Shown: one piece after another, positions 49,029-62,274 of the stretch
Layout: each line of letters starts with the position of its first letter
How positions within the stretch are numbered: position 1 is the stretch's first letter
Source of the DNA: Dudresnaya verticillata
Lineage: Eukaryota
NCBI GenBank assembly: GCA_977862235.1
Contig: OZ374558.1
Coordinates: 1,798,001-1,862,000 of the forward strand
Length of the DNA: 64,000 nt
Direction of reading: 5' to 3'
Notes under the pieces: model-generated
Seen by the model: the letters and a program-made list of their open reading frames with translations, nothing else
Databases searched by the model: none
Told to the model about the DNA's origin: nothing
Made by a program: the position numbers and the translations under genes

Positions 49029-49263
49029 ACGAAACGCCCGCATGCTGGGAAAGTTTCTTAACACGTTTATGGGCCTTTCCGCCCATCTGCGTTGCTTTTC
49101 CGCACCCCTGCTACATCAACCTGCTACATTCGCCCACCGTTTTCTCTCTCATAGACCTCCTCTCCCTTTCCACGCAGCCTCCGCTCGAGTCGCACGTCAG
49201 TTGGCGTGTCAACCCATCGGTCCCAAACTGTTCCCAGCCTGCAACCACACCACCGCCGACAAG

Positions 49264-50151
49264 ATGAACTCCCTTGCAAAGGCCGGCCCTGGTCACCCAC
49301 AAACAACTGCGATCACCGGGGCTGGACCAAAGCCTCAGAAACGCCATTCCGCCAAGCCCAACAAGGAGACCTCGTATCTCGACAAAAGGGCATCGAGCAA
49401 GGTCTGTTCAGGCCAAACGGAGCTCACAGCACGGGTGCCCACTGCGCTTGAGCATTCTGATGCATCACGTGCTCAGAAGGATAGTGTGGTCAGTAATGAG
49501 GGCGGCAAACTTCAGCAAAAGCGTCGCTCTTGTAGAGAGGCATACAAACTTGCGGGCTTCCGTCTACCCGAGAAACGACTTCCGATGCCTGATCCGCTCC
49601 CTCTCAAGCCCGTTGTGCGTTTCGCAAAGCCCAGCAGCAAAACTCTGTGGTCCGTGATTCGAGACGACGAGTGCAAGTTGGAAGAGTTGTTCAAGCGACT
49701 TTCCAACCGTCCAGTCTACAACCCCGAAGCGCAAAGGCAGGTTCTCGACATCAGTAAGAAATGCTTCGACGCTGTGTCCCAACGCCGTGAAGTTATCAAA
49801 GGGGAGCTGAAGTCGTACCAAGAGAAGCTCGTGGTTGTCTGCGATCGGGAGACGAACGCAAACACAAGCGGTAACAAGAAGAGCTCGAATTCGTGGCAGG
49901 TAGTCGAGGAGCGATCATCTGCCACGAAAACCAAGAGGATCGAAGAGGACATTGGGCATCTCCAGAGGATTCTCCGGGAACAGGACGGATTGTACCACTC
50001 CATTCGATACCAGCGTCGGGATGTAAAGCGCGAGATTGGAGTCGTTAAGGGAAGAATTTGGGATGCTTGCAAGAGGCATTGGAAAGCTCAAAATGCCTGG
50101 TTTCTCAATGAAAGGATCTTCAGCGCTCAGAGAAGCATGGGGAAGAAGTGA
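49264..50151 (+). CDS. Hypothetical coiled-coil protein, paralog of 25686-26573
   Basis: Same length, intact frame, scattered substitutions. Confidence 0.6.
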   Translation: MNSLAKAGPGHPQTTAITGAGPKPQKRHSAKPNKETSYLDKRASSKVCSGQTELTARVPTALEHSDASRAQKDSVVSNEGGKLQQKRRSCREAYKLAGFRLPEKRLPMPDPLPLKPVVRFAKPSSKTLWSVIRDDECKLEELFKRLSNRPVYNPEAQRQVLDISKKCFDAVSQRREVIKGELKSYQEKLVVVCDRETNANTSGNKKSSNSWQVVEERSSATKTKRIEEDIGHLQRILREQDGLYHSIRYQRRDVKREIGVVKGRIWDACKRHWKAQNAWFLNERIFSAQRSMGKK

Positions 50152-50357
50152 TGGCTTCGTTGTTGACCTCACAGATACTAAGCGGTTTAACAGTGATATC
50201 TGGATCAAGTCTCCAGTCGCTACCGGGATATTGTCCGGCACTTGGTGAGAAAGTTTGGATACTGTTTGTTTGTAGTACTACGCCATCAGGTTGCTCTTGT
50301 GATTCCTTTCGTCGAAGCAGACGCACTCCAAACCAGCATGATTAAACTAATACTAAG

Positions 50358-50875
50358 GTACCACTCCTGTCGGTATCCGCACTAAATCTCGAGCGGCACG
50401 TTACCCATGCCCATATACTAACGAACTCGGCAGTCTTTCCCCTCCAACAATAACCGCAACCGCTCCTGCCCGCTCGGAGCACAACACTGCCGAACTCCGG
50501 CGTGACCTCCGTCATCTCCGCCGCTTATCATTTCTATCTACTGAGGCTAAGCGCGACCAACTATGCATGGAAGTCTATTTTGACGATCCAGCCTTTGCAA
50601 ATCGCGCCTGTCCCAAGGCTTTGAAGTCTCTATGGTCAGTCTCCGTTCTCCCCACCTTCGCTCAGCTCGCTCCTCCCTAGGGCGCTATTGCGTTACGGGA
50701 AAAAGGCGAAACGCATACACTATCGCCTGTTATGTCCCCACAATGACATCGACTTTCATCCTATGGCCATGGATACCTACGCCTTCATTTTCTCTGGTAT
50801 TCCACTGTCGTGCCCAACGGATCGCCAACTTCAAGCCGACCAAAAAGGGCACTTCTCTGATGAATACAGTTAACT
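50358..50875 (+). mobile_element. Second copy of the CRE-like endonuclease relic
   Basis: AKRIHYRLLCPHNDIDFHPMAMDTYA; paralog of 26780-27295. Confidence 0.85.
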
Positions 50876-51445
50876 TTGGCCTCGTTCGTTCATCGATTTC
50901 AAGTCTTCCACGACGTAAACCGCTAACCGTAAGACGTAAAACGTAAGGCGCAAACCGTAAACATAGACTGTTCACAACAGAGAGCGAGGGCTTTCAGACC
51001 GGATCTTGCTTTCAGACGACCTTCTGGAGAAGGTTGTCCATGCTGTAGCACCATCAATCTTCGTTGTCCTAGGGGCTGTCTGGGCGTCGTGTGCACAGAC
51101 AAGAATGCTACGAGAGGCTATGCGCAAGGCCACTTTTCTGTTTGTAGCACAGCGGACAGCGGACATTGCGCAAAGAAGGATAAAAGTACGTAATTTGCAT
51201 ACAGTGGCACATCAACGCTTTGGGTATCTGGTACCGTCGCCGTACCGTCGTGGTCTCGTCATGGTCCCGTCGTGGTCTCGTCATGGTCCCGCCATGGTCC
51301 CGCCATGGTACACCGCCATGGTACCGTCGTCGCCCCGTCGTCGCCCCGTCGTCGCCCCGTCGTCGCCCCTTCATCGTCCAATCGTCGTCCCGTCGTCGTC
51401 GCGTCGTCGTCTCGTCGTCATTCAATCGTGGTCCACTCGTCGTCC
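50876..51445. repeat. Single copy of repeat 'A' with CGT-rich minisatellite
   Basis: Matches 27296-27810 and 28643-29260. Confidence 0.9.
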
Positions 51446-51848
51446 AGTCGGCAGTGATGGCCATAGCGGCGTTTTACAGCGTTAACGGCGACGAGCACTC
51501 TGAATGTTTCTCTTCTCTGACACCGGCACGGCTGAAAGTGCCTCAATGGAGTGGAAAAGCCTCGAAAAGACGAAATGGCGTGCGTCTTGGCACCGAAACG
51601 GCCCGGCGTCTAGGCCCGTCGATGTCCAGCCGTTCTGTGTGTACTTGAGCGTACACGACCCGACTGACTTCAACCGACTGTGTATCCCATCAGCCACCAC
51701 GATGAACACGTCCGCTCAACCACCTGGGATCTAGCACTGGAACAGGCTGCGGCAGGTTGTACAGCGTGTTACACGCGTTGACTGCGCAATTGACAGCGCA
51801 GCTGATGGCACATGGCAACGCTGGCGACGCAGCTGACGGCGCTCTTGC

Positions 51849-54800
51849 CACTACGCTCTGCACAACTTGGTAACGTCACCAAGGCGATGAAGCACACATC
51901 TCGGGTTCTCTATGTGAGGTTTCGTCACTTCTCCGGTGTCACAAAATGGAACCGGCAAAATATGTTTGCAATGTTGTGGAGTGAGCGTCTAGCTACCAAA
52001 CTGCTGTGTATGCAAGAGCACTCTGTGTTGACTGGTACGCCTTAAACCTGCACGCGGTTCGTTCCCAAGGAATGCCAAACTCTGGTACCAGCACATTCGA
52101 CAGCTCAAGAGCCAGGGCCCTTATGCGATGCGAGGGGTTCATACTGTTATACTCTCACGCTGCGCTTAGCTTATGAGGCCTTCCGTGATCAGTCAAGACT
52201 CGCATGGTCTCATCTTTTGTAGCGCGTCAATGCATTGTTCATGTGGACAGTTTTCAAATGGACATTGTTCACATGGAAATAGGGGCAGGGCTTCTACCAG
52301 CCAAATAAACCGCTAATATTGGAACCCCATTGTTCCATCTCTTTCAAGATTGCATAGTCCTATCCATCTCATCGACCTCAGCGACCTGAAGAACGTAAAT
52401 ATTGTGTTGCATCGATTAGAGGTCCTCGTTTCAATATTATTTCAATTCGTGACCCGCTCTGTGCACACCCACATACCTCAGGATATAGCCAACTTTCAAA
52501 CATAGATATTGGATATCACAATACCACTTACTAATACTTTCATGCCCCATTGCGCCGACCACGTGCCAGGGTGCCAATTGCCAAAGGTCAAACATACAAT
52601 AGCTGCAGCTGGCGGACGATCTGAGTTAAACAAGGCACGCAACTGCATGACGAACTGGCGACGTTGCTGTCTCCTGAGCCCTACGCCCACTACGTTCTAC
52701 GGTTGCGCGAGGATGGCCCCAGCCAGATGAATAGCGATACGCTTCGGGAGTTGCTCTACATACAAATCTTCTAGGATCTAGACCACCTCTGAACCGAAGC
52801 TGAGAGTCATATGCAGAAACGCGCTCCATGTTGCAGATCGCGCAGATCCCATACTCGGCCATGAGAGCGGAATCTTAAGTATGGCACAACGTTTGAACGC
52901 ATGACGGCGACGGCGATGATATATTTAGAATCGAACGGATCCCGTTTTCCGCTTGTGGCACAGTGCTCTCCGCAATGTTGCAGCGAAGAATGTGCTGCCG
53001 GATATCTTTCGAAAACGGAGTAGTTTTGTGGAACTTTCCGGCAGCGTCACAATTTCCTAAGACACGGCCAAAAGTAAATCAGAAATTCGTCTTGTACCCT
53101 GTTCTAGCACATCATGTAAGTTTGGGGACGGTGCAGTGCCGCAAGCTGGAAACATGACGAGCGGCGCATTGCGTGAGCGAAAATGTGAGCATTGTCGGGA
53201 CGTGCGAGATGAGACGAGCCTCGCATGACCGCGCCGCCAGTACCTTCGAAGGTACACCGCACCTCAACGGGATGCTTTCCTGAGATATGCAAGCCTTGTC
53301 GTCCTTATCGCGTTGAAGGCCCACAGTGGCATTCACATGCAGTCCAGTTTTCAACCTGTCTAATAGGCACTGTCAGGTCGTTCACAGAGCAAGGAGCCAC
53401 CATGAAGATGGAACAGTGTGTGAGAACGTCGCCCTGCATGATTCAAACCACCCATAGTTCGTGAAAGAGCACGAGCGTGGCAACTTATAGAAGGAGGGGC
53501 GTTGGGTCTTCGCCAAGGTGGTGATGAATCGAACGCTACGCTGTGACTCTACCGCAGAGCCCCAAGAATATTCTTCGGTATGTTTTTCTGGTGCACGTTG
53601 TATTCTAAACGTACCAAAAACCGAACAATTCCGCTTGTTCATATCGCAACGCACGCCCCACATGCCCAGCTCGCGTCTCAAGAAGCTTGGAGCTCTGTTC
53701 CGCATCGTCCCGCCGCTTCTGCGCCAGCGTATTCTACAAAGCAAGTTCGTGTCTTCCCTCCGCCGCACTGCGCGCTCCACACACCTCCCGGCATCATGGC
53801 ACGCTCGGCAAACTCTACTCGCTCTCCCGAAGCTCCGAAACCCGATTCTGAGCAACGCGATCCAGAACCCGACGACCCCATCCACCCTGCATACTGACTG
53901 CGTTTCCCAATGGCGCTCTGCATTTCCCGGTCCGCGCAAAGCCCCAGTCCCCACCACATCACGCTTTGCCCCGGCGCTGCTACTCCCTGACCACCGTGAC
54001 CGCCTGCTTGCTATCAGATGGCACTTATGCACCTTCCCAATCCCACCCCGTTGCCCCTCCTCTTGTAGGGCGCTACGCGCCCATGCCCCCGAGCTCACGA
54101 AGCTCTCGCACGACGCCCTCCAGCCCTCGGACATCCGCTCAGTCTCATTATCGATTGCTGCGATCCGTGACCTATGCTCAGTGGACCACCCTCCCCCGTT
54201 CTCCTTGTCACCCCCGTAACCACCTGCCCGCCCTTTATTGATACCTTGGACCCTAGGGCCGGTGCGCCTGCAAATGGGCCTTTGTTGCCTGCGCAGGACC
54301 ACCTAAAACAAAAAACATGAATCATCACTGCCGTTCGCATTATCCTTGATAGGAAATCCCGGCGCCCTGGAGGTGAGCAGGTTGGTTGACACAGCTGAGG
54401 ATCGAGCAGGTTGAAATGTGTTTCGCTCAAAGAAGACCGGTACAAGCAGCGTTCAAAGACCGGTTTTGTCCGGGAAGCGGCAGCGGTTCTGGACGGCGTG
54501 ACCTTTGTTACATATTAAAGGCCGTCCCCTCTTCAACCTTGTACGGTCGGCGTGTAGTGGGTAATACAACCACATCTCTATGTCGACGTTGCTCACCGAA
54601 CACCTTCTTCATCATTCGAACACCATAGCCGTACAGAGCTTTGCACGAGCCGTCGAAACAGAATTGCACGGATCGCCTGTCGAAGAATCAAGAACGGCAC
54701 CTACTTCGAATTCCATTCCTTCTGTCTATATCAACTGAACCTCGCTAGTCGACATGAAAGCATAGGTAAGATATGTTTTTATAATTGCTCTCCACATCAT

Positions 54801-55050
54801 CATGACGCCGTATAACGGTCTAGTACAGTTAGAATTAGACTTTCTGCATCGTTCCTTCCTCCTGAATTCTGTAACAGAGTGTTTGCCAATCGTGGAATGG
54901 GCCTGGTTGGTCCTCCGAACCTGCTGGAGATCCCTACAAAACCTAAATAGAGCTCTACTAATATCAACGCAACGTGGCTGAGCAAGCTGTTAAAGAGTCC
55001 ACCCTTCCGCTGCCGAAACACCCTCGACAACGGATGGGCTTCCTACTTCC
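51849..55050. repeat. Unit U copy interrupted by a 698-bp insert and truncated at 55050
   Basis: Colinear with the array unit; at 'tcctacttcc|acacccacat' it jumps to unit position ~1000. Confidence 0.95.
53628..54325 (+). mobile_element. 698-bp insertion, probably a 5'-truncated LINE 3' end
   Basis: Absent from all other U copies (empty site gaaCActgccg; CA on both sides). The frame is open from the first base to the stop at 54219, followed by a ~105-bp UTR ending TAAAACAAAAAACATGAATCAT. A homologous relic lies at 24.7-25.4 kb. No RT motif is included, so the class is inferred. Confidence 0.65.
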
Positions 55051-56443
55051 ACACCCACATACCTCAGGATATAGCCAACTTTCAAACATAGATATTGGAT
55101 ATCACAATACCACTTACTAATACTTTCATGCCCCATTGCGCCGACCACGTGCCAGGGCGCCAATTTCCAAAGGTCAAGCATACAATAGCTGCAGCTGGCG
55201 GACGATCTGAGTTAAACAAGGCACGCAACTGCGCGACGAACTGGCGACGTTGCCGTCTCCTGAGCTCTACGCCCACTACGTTCTACGGTTGCGCGAGGAT
55301 GGCCCCAGCCGGATGAATAGCGATACGCCTCGAGAGTGGCTCTACATACAAATCTTCTAGGATCTAGACCACCTCTGAACCGAAGCTGAGAGTCATATGC
55401 AGAAACGCGCTCCAGGTTGCAGATCGCGCAGATCCCGCACTCGGCCATGAGAGCGGAATCTTAAGTATGGAACAACGTGTGAACGCATGACGGCGACGGC
55501 GATGATATATTGAGAATCGAACGGATCCCGTTTTCCGCTTGTGGCACAGTGCTCTCCGCAATGTTGCAGCGAAGAATGTGCTGCCGGATATCTTTCGAAA
55601 ACGGAGTAGTTTTGTGGAACTTTCCGGCAGCGTCACAATTTCCTAAGACACGGCCAAAAGTAAATCAGAAATTCGTCTTGTACCCTGTTTTAGCACATCA
55701 TGTAAGTTTGGGGACGGTGCAGTGCCGCAAGCTGGAAACATGACGAGCGGCGCATTGCGTGAGCGAAAATGTGAGCATTGTCGGGACGTGCGAGATGAGA
55801 CGAGCCTCGCATGACCGCGCCGCCAGTACCTTCGAAGGTACACCGCACCTCAACGGGATGCTTTCCTGAGATATGCAAGCCTTGTCGTCCTTATCGCGTT
55901 GAAGGCCCACAGTGGCATTCACATGCAGTCCAGTTTTCAACCTGTCTAATAGGCACTGTCAGGCCGTTCACGGAGCAAGGAGCCACCATGAAGATGGAAC
56001 AGTGTGTGAGAACGTCGCCCTACATGATTCAAACCACCCATAGTTCGTGAAAGAGCACGAGCGTGGCAACTTATAGAAGGAGGGGCGTTGGGTCTTCGCC
56101 AAGGTGGTGATGAATCGAACGCTACGCTGTGACTCTACCGCAGAGCCCCAAGAATATTCTTAGGTATGTTTTTCTGGTGCACGTTGTATTCCAAACGTAC
56201 CAAAACCCGAACACTGCCGTTCGCATTATCCTTGGTAGGAGATCCTAGCGGCCTGGAAGTGAGCAGGTTTGTTGACAGAGCTAGGGGCCGAGCGGGTTGA
56301 AATGTTTTTGGCTCAAAGAAGAGCAGTAGAAGCAGCCTTCAAATATCGGCTTTGTCCGGAAACTTGAAAGGGAATGTACTAGTCTATGATCCGAGTCATC
56401 TATACAGCCTTTACGAATCGAAAGAACTAATATGCTGTAGATA

Positions 56444-57571
56444 CTACATACTACCGATAATGTCTTGGAGCACCCTGTAATCTTCGTCTTGAACGTCAGA
56501 AACACTCTCTAAGTACGTAAAGTATTCCTGTATGGCAGGAGGCACTGAGCTACACAGGCGAGTGATCGGGGTTCTGAGCTTCATCATTAAAATCTCATCT
56601 GCTTCGATATCCTGATCCCAAATTAATTTGCCTTGCAGCATGTGTAGAAGTACATATCCTAAGCTTTCAAATTCATCGGCTGGAGACTGAACGTGATGGC
56701 AATGTGCAGCTATTGGGGCATATATCAACGTCCCGACGAACGGCACCTCAACCTGCTCAGCTTCTTGAAAGAAACATGATGTACCAAAATCGATTACATG
56801 TATGTAGTTGAGGTTGTCTCGATCGAACACAATATTTGCAGGTTTAAGGTCGCGGTGAAGATAGCCAAGACCATGCAATTTTCGAAGGCGATGGAGCACC
56901 TGGATTCCGATACTAGCTGTGAGTTTGGCAGATAGGCGCCCTCCACTTACATCCATGAGAGATTCGATAGAGGGACCATGCAAGTTCATGACCATAAAAG
57001 GATAGCCCGAATGACTTGCGAGATATCTGCAAGGTGGAAAATGTTCCGGATACCTCTCGTTCAATATTCTATAGAGTCCAAATTCCAAATTAACGAATGA
57101 CGCATCCACTTCGAGTGGGTTATTTTCCACCTTGACTGCGGCAGTCTCATTTCGGTGCAAATCAAATGCCTCATAGACACCGCCGCATGCGCCGCTACCA
57201 ATCTTCCTTTTCAGAGCCCACCGGCCAGCTAGAAGCTCGCCTTCGAATGCAGGCGCGCGCACTGGATGACTCAGCTCTTCTTCAGATTGCATTTTTTGTT
57301 GTCTCACCTGACCCGTGGCAGCGCCGGTAGGTAACTCGTATGCCTCTTTTGACAATCTAGCTTCCACAATATTCTTGCTTTCAATGACATGGTTTTTTTC
57401 AATCGGCTTCAAATCGCGGTTTTGATTTTCATGACGCTTGTCCCCGGAAACATTGATACCCCCAATCTTCAGGTCCTTCATTCTGACTGAGACGAAGATA
57501 TTCTGGCCCGAGTTTCGTCCAGCTACAATGGTGCGAAGGGAAGTTTTTTGTTGAGAAAATGCTTGTCCCAT
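56444..57571 (-). CDS. CK1-family kinase, duplicate copy
   Basis: Translation identical to 42427-43554. Confidence 0.9.
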   Translation of the reverse strand: MGQAFSQQKTSLRTIVAGRNSGQNIFVSVRMKDLKIGGINVSGDKRHENQNRDLKPIEKNHVIESKNIVEARLSKEAYELPTGAATGQVRQQKMQSEEELSHPVRAPAFEGELLAGRWALKRKIGSGACGGVYEAFDLHRNETAAVKVENNPLEVDASFVNLEFGLYRILNERYPEHFPPCRYLASHSGYPFMVMNLHGPSIESLMDVSGGRLSAKLTASIGIQVLHRLRKLHGLGYLHRDLKPANIVFDRDNLNYIHVIDFGTSCFFQEAEQVEVPFVGTLIYAPIAAHCHHVQSPADEFESLGYVLLHMLQGKLIWDQDIEADEILMMKLRTPITRLCSSVPPAIQEYFTYLESVSDVQDEDYRVLQDIIGSM

Positions 57572-58518
57572 ATTTGCGTTCTGATTTGAATACTCTGTGG
57601 CTCGAATGCTGTTCCGAAACGTTGCGGAAGAAAGCTTTGATAAGCACTTATTGACGGGGTGTTCTTTGGAGAGCTTGTTTTTCTCAAGAAAGTTTATGTA
57701 TAAAATGAACTCTAGCGTCATTACGGCACGGCCCAAACCTTTTTTCCTTTTTTTCTATATTTGTGACAGCACTTGGGAATCACACCTACAGTGGCAATAA
57801 ACTTTATTGGGAGCATGGTACCATCATTGCAGGCATCACAGAAGTCACGAAAAGATTACTCGGTCTTGGAACGCGTTTGCCACGTCACACACAAGCATCC
57901 AACAGTATACTCACAGAATATGTAGGATGTGCTCGACCTGGGTAGACAACATTTAGCACATTATCGATAAAATGAAGTCGGCAGATAGTTAGACGTGAAC
58001 ACGAGCAGTTGTTCTTCAACGTAAATTCCGGAGTGTAACCCTTTCTTAATTGTGTCCATAAAGAGAAGGCCTTTTTTGTCAACTAATGTCCCACCCAAAC
58101 GACAAGGGTTGCTGTAGCCGTTGTTCTATAATGAAGGATGACAAATACTTTCTTTACAGCAACAAGTTTCCCATGGCGGACATCTCGGCCATGTTTTCTA
58201 CGACATGGGTTTATTCGCGCAGTTGCAGAACGCCTCCACGTCGTATCTTTATTACGGCATTTTAATGCAACAACCTTTTTGTTTCAGCGCTGTCGCACAC
58301 TCAGCGCATTTTTTGTGCCGTCCTCCTATTCTATTGCCTACGATATTCGCAAGTAGCGTAGCCATATCCAACCGTTGTGAAAAAGAAGCCATGTCGAATT
58401 GCCGACTCCTTCCATTTTTAGTATTATTTTTAACGCAGTCGTACCTGATTCGTCCAGTCGCCTCATTCGCATCGCCGATTGGCCGTGCGCGATTTGATCC
58501 CAGATATTTTGTACAGAG

Positions 58519-58995
58519 AGAGAGAGACCTTTATTAAACAACAAGAGAGAAGCCCCTTAAGGGGGCTTAGGATTCAGAGCTACCATAAAGAGGCGGAGGA
58601 GCAAGCTTGCGGCGGTTGACACTCACCGCCACGCATTGGAGAACTAAAGAGAGTAAACGAGTAGTGAGGCGAAGTTTCTCCGTAGACGGAGAGGTCCCGC
58701 GCTTGCTGGCAATGAAATTAGCAATACGTTGGGCGCCAACTTCAAAGCCAGATCCAACACGGCCATAGACATCTACAACCATAGGATGGATAACCATATC
58801 CAAACTAGCGCACACGCGGCGGTAATGAGAGCGTTTGACACGTTCGCGAGCTGCAATGGCTTGGCCAGCAACGCGACCAGTGGAACCATGAATAGAATGG
58901 GGACTGACGACCGAGACATCAAATCCATGGGGGTGAGGGGCAAAGCCACGATCATCAACGAAAATATCCATACGCAGTTGGTCACGTGGATCAAC
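58519..58995 (-). mobile_element. Duplicate of the truncated CRE-like fragment with 99-bp flanking repeat
   Basis: Copy of 44502-44978 at +14017. Confidence 0.93.
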
Positions 58996-61262
58996 AGTAT
59001 TATTTTTAACGCAGTCGTACCTGATTCGCCCAGTCGCCTCATTCTCATCGCCGATTGGCCGTGCGCGATTTGATCCCAGATATTTTGTACAGAGCGCGGA
59101 GCGACGCCGAGCGGCAATCGCTCCAATCACCTCCATCCCGGCCGTGATACCTCCTCAGCCCACAAGTCCCACTACCGCCTTCGTCAACCTCGTGTTCTCG
59201 TCCGAGTCGCGCCAGCGCCCTTTTCAGACAGCGACGAAAAGAGCACGTGCCCTTGAATCGAGCGTGTGATCAAGCGTCAACCGGGAGGCGGAATCGGCGC
59301 GCGTGGGGAATAGCAGGGAGGCGACAACCGCGGCAGCCATGGAGTCACCGTCGTTGTGCGGGAGGTTGAACGAACTTGCTCTGCGAAACAAATATGTAAC
59401 GGTGAGCTGAGCAAGGCACCGCCTGGTTGTGAAGATCTCGCCACCGCCAGGAGAGGGTGCCGTTGGTGAGGCCGAGTTTCTCCTGTTCCATCGGACTCAA
59501 TAGTCTGGCCCGACCACATGCGACAAGTGGAAGCGGCCTGCCAATGACATTGCTTCGTGTTTTACGTCTAATACCACTCTGTATGGGACATAAAGGACCG
59601 TTGTGGGCGGAGAATGAGAGAGGCATAACATAAGCGGTTCTACCGTGCAATACTCTTCTCGAGATTTGCCTACATGACGAATCAGTTTTTGTTTTTCTAC
59701 TGCAACGAGTCCAGAAAGTGTGAGATCATGGACCTTGACGTGATCACATGGCGTTTCGATGACGATGATACCTAAGAGAGCGCGTCTTGTCAACGACGTT
59801 CCTGGGTTTATGCTCCAAGGCGTATGGTAACGAAGGTAATGCTCGCCTGTTACTGCGCACGCGGGATACAAGTAGAGGCACGCACCTCCCACCACCCAAC
59901 AACCAAGATGACCGATCAGAATCACCCCACCAAACACAGCCGTCTATCGACAGGGGCCGAACAAAATCGAACTTCTTGGATCCGCGCAACCTAGTCGCTG
60001 AGATGCACCAAACCTTGTTCATCATGACCGATGCTACAAATCCGGACAAAAGGATGCAGTTTCTCGAAGCAGTCGTTTCTCGAAGCAGGCGTTTCTCGAA
60101 GCAGGCGTTTCTCAAAGCAGGCTAGACGGAGCTAGCGCAGGGAAAGCTCCAGTATTACCGCTATCTCGAAGACCACCTCCCGGTACATATACATTTCGAT
60201 ATGGCCGAAATGTGCATCCCACAAAGTGTGATCCTGGCGCCCCTCCTGTGCAGAGGGAGGGGCTTTTTCGTCGATCCGGCGCGGAGAGAGAGGAATACAG
60301 CTGCTCACGATTTGGTGCAGATTACAATCGCGCTGCAGAAGCAATACGGTCGCGGACATTGTTCGCAAAGACACATCCTCGTTCTGCGTCGAGAAGAATA
60401 TAATGAAGAAGGCGTTGGCTTCTTGGTAGGAAGGCTGCAAGACGTGTGGCTCTATCCCGTAGATCCGTTGAGGGATTGTGCGCTGGGTCCGACACGCCAC
60501 TGTCGCACCTTACGCCCCGGCTTCGGTGGGGTTGGGCGGCGAGGCGCAGCACATGCGCCGTCCCGCAATGGGCACATTTGGTTGGACGTATGGTGCGACA
60601 GGTGTCCTAACAGGAAGCTCTGCACCGTTTGATTGGCTCAAGTTCGAAGCACGTCGTCTTCCGAACCGCCTCCGTCGCTCAGCACGCATTGACACGCATT
60701 GCCACTGCAGGTGCGCAGCAGCATTGCATTCCACTGCATTCCAGCTATGCCACATTTCAGCACTACGTCTTCAAATTGCGTACAAACGTGCACTGTAGCA
60801 CATCCGTACCTCCCCCACATTGATCCTCCGCCATGACGTGATTCTGTTCCTAACATCGCGATTTCCCGCTCCAAAACCGCCGCGCTGTCGCCGAGGTCAC
60901 CGCCGACACCGTTCACCGCCAATCGCGGGAGCGTCTTCGTCCAAACCCTACTCCCGCCCGCTACAGGCGCCATTCCCGCGTGTCACGCCCACCCGGCCGT
61001 CGCATCCGCCCCCACCATTCTCTCGTCACGCCCACCCGCGCCAAGACCGCGAAAAAAACCGCCCGCAACTTATAATGCCCGGTCCCCCCTGCTCCGCCTC
61101 ACCACACCCCTCGCCTCCCTTCCAAGTTTCAAGCACATCCCCCACCGTCTTCGAACGCTCGTACACACCCGCACAACCGTTGCCAGCCCTCTCTCTCTGT
61201 CCCCTCATCTCTCCCCGCCGCTGCCTCGAACCTGCCCTCCACCTCGCAACGGCAACCTCACC

Positions 61263-61851
61263 ATGAACTTCCAGCACAACGACCCGCCGCTTCCGTCCTC
61301 CTCCGCCCCGGCCCCGGCCCTGGCCTCTACCTCGTCCCCGACCTCGGCCCCGGCCTCCGCCTCGGCCTCGGCCCCGGCCTCGGCCCCGGCCTCTGCTGCC
61401 GACCAGATCCACATCCAGCTGGGCAGGATCGATGCCCCGATGCCCCGAAGAGAGCCAAGGCCAGTCGTGCCAGCCCGCACCTCCCCGCCGAGAAGGGCAA
61501 GGCAGAGTTGGCCGCAGCAATCGCCGCCAATTATCAGGATCCGGGCCGCAACGTCAAGGATAGATTCAAGCGCACCGTCGCTGGGTGCAACAATTCCTTC
61601 CTGTCCAGGTACAACCTCAAAGCCCTACAGATGTACGGAGTCTGGTTGATGCGCGTGCGAGCTTGGTGAGCGTGGTTGATGCGCGTGCGAGCTTGGTGAG
61701 CGTGGTTGATGCGCGTGCGAGCACGCGCATCAACCAGACTCCGTACATCTGCAAGGAGACCAACTGCGGTAAGCGGTTCAAGTGGAAGAGCAGCTTGTTA
61801 CATCATTGCAGGTCCCACGGCGTCAAGCGCCTCGCTCGCTTACAATCATGA
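61263..61851 (+). pseudogene. Duplicate of the disrupted C2H2 zinc-finger gene
   Basis: Copy of 47246-47834, including the palindrome at 61628-61751. Confidence 0.75.
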
Positions 61852-62274
61852 GAGTCAGAGTCAGGGCGCGGCGAGCGCGGGCGCAGCTGCCGCGCATGCT
61901 GCAAAGCTGTCCTAGCAGCACAACCCCGGTCACATCAACTCCGCTCACATCGCCATTGTCGATGGGCCGCGTGCAAGCGAGCCGGTCAACGCCACGGCCG
62001 CAGGCGTTCCATCTGGCAATGCGCCGCGGGTCTGAATGGAGTGATCGGGTTTGGAGACCTGATGCGCCGGATCGTATGGGCGCTGATCAGCTTCCGGGTG
62101 AGCACGTGGAGAGTTTCATGCAGGGTGACCTCATTCCTGGGCAGCATAACTAAGAAGCAGATGCGGGAGGAGCTCAACAATTAACATTGTAGCACTAATC
62201 GACTGTAGATTAACTTGTCTCACCCCGTTTCGCTTCTCCCTGTTGTGAATACTCTTGTGGATATCTGCTTTTGT

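Larger units (their letters stand above)
41034..49983. repeat. Segmental duplication copy 1 (offset 14,017 bp to 55051-64000)
   Basis: ORFs recur at +14017 (42427/56444, 44550/58567, 47246/61263) with essentially identical translations. Confidence 0.97.

Noticed and set aside
53382..54302. 306-aa minus-strand ORF
   Set aside because: It is the antisense shadow of the plus-strand insert ORF and runs across the insertion boundary into U.
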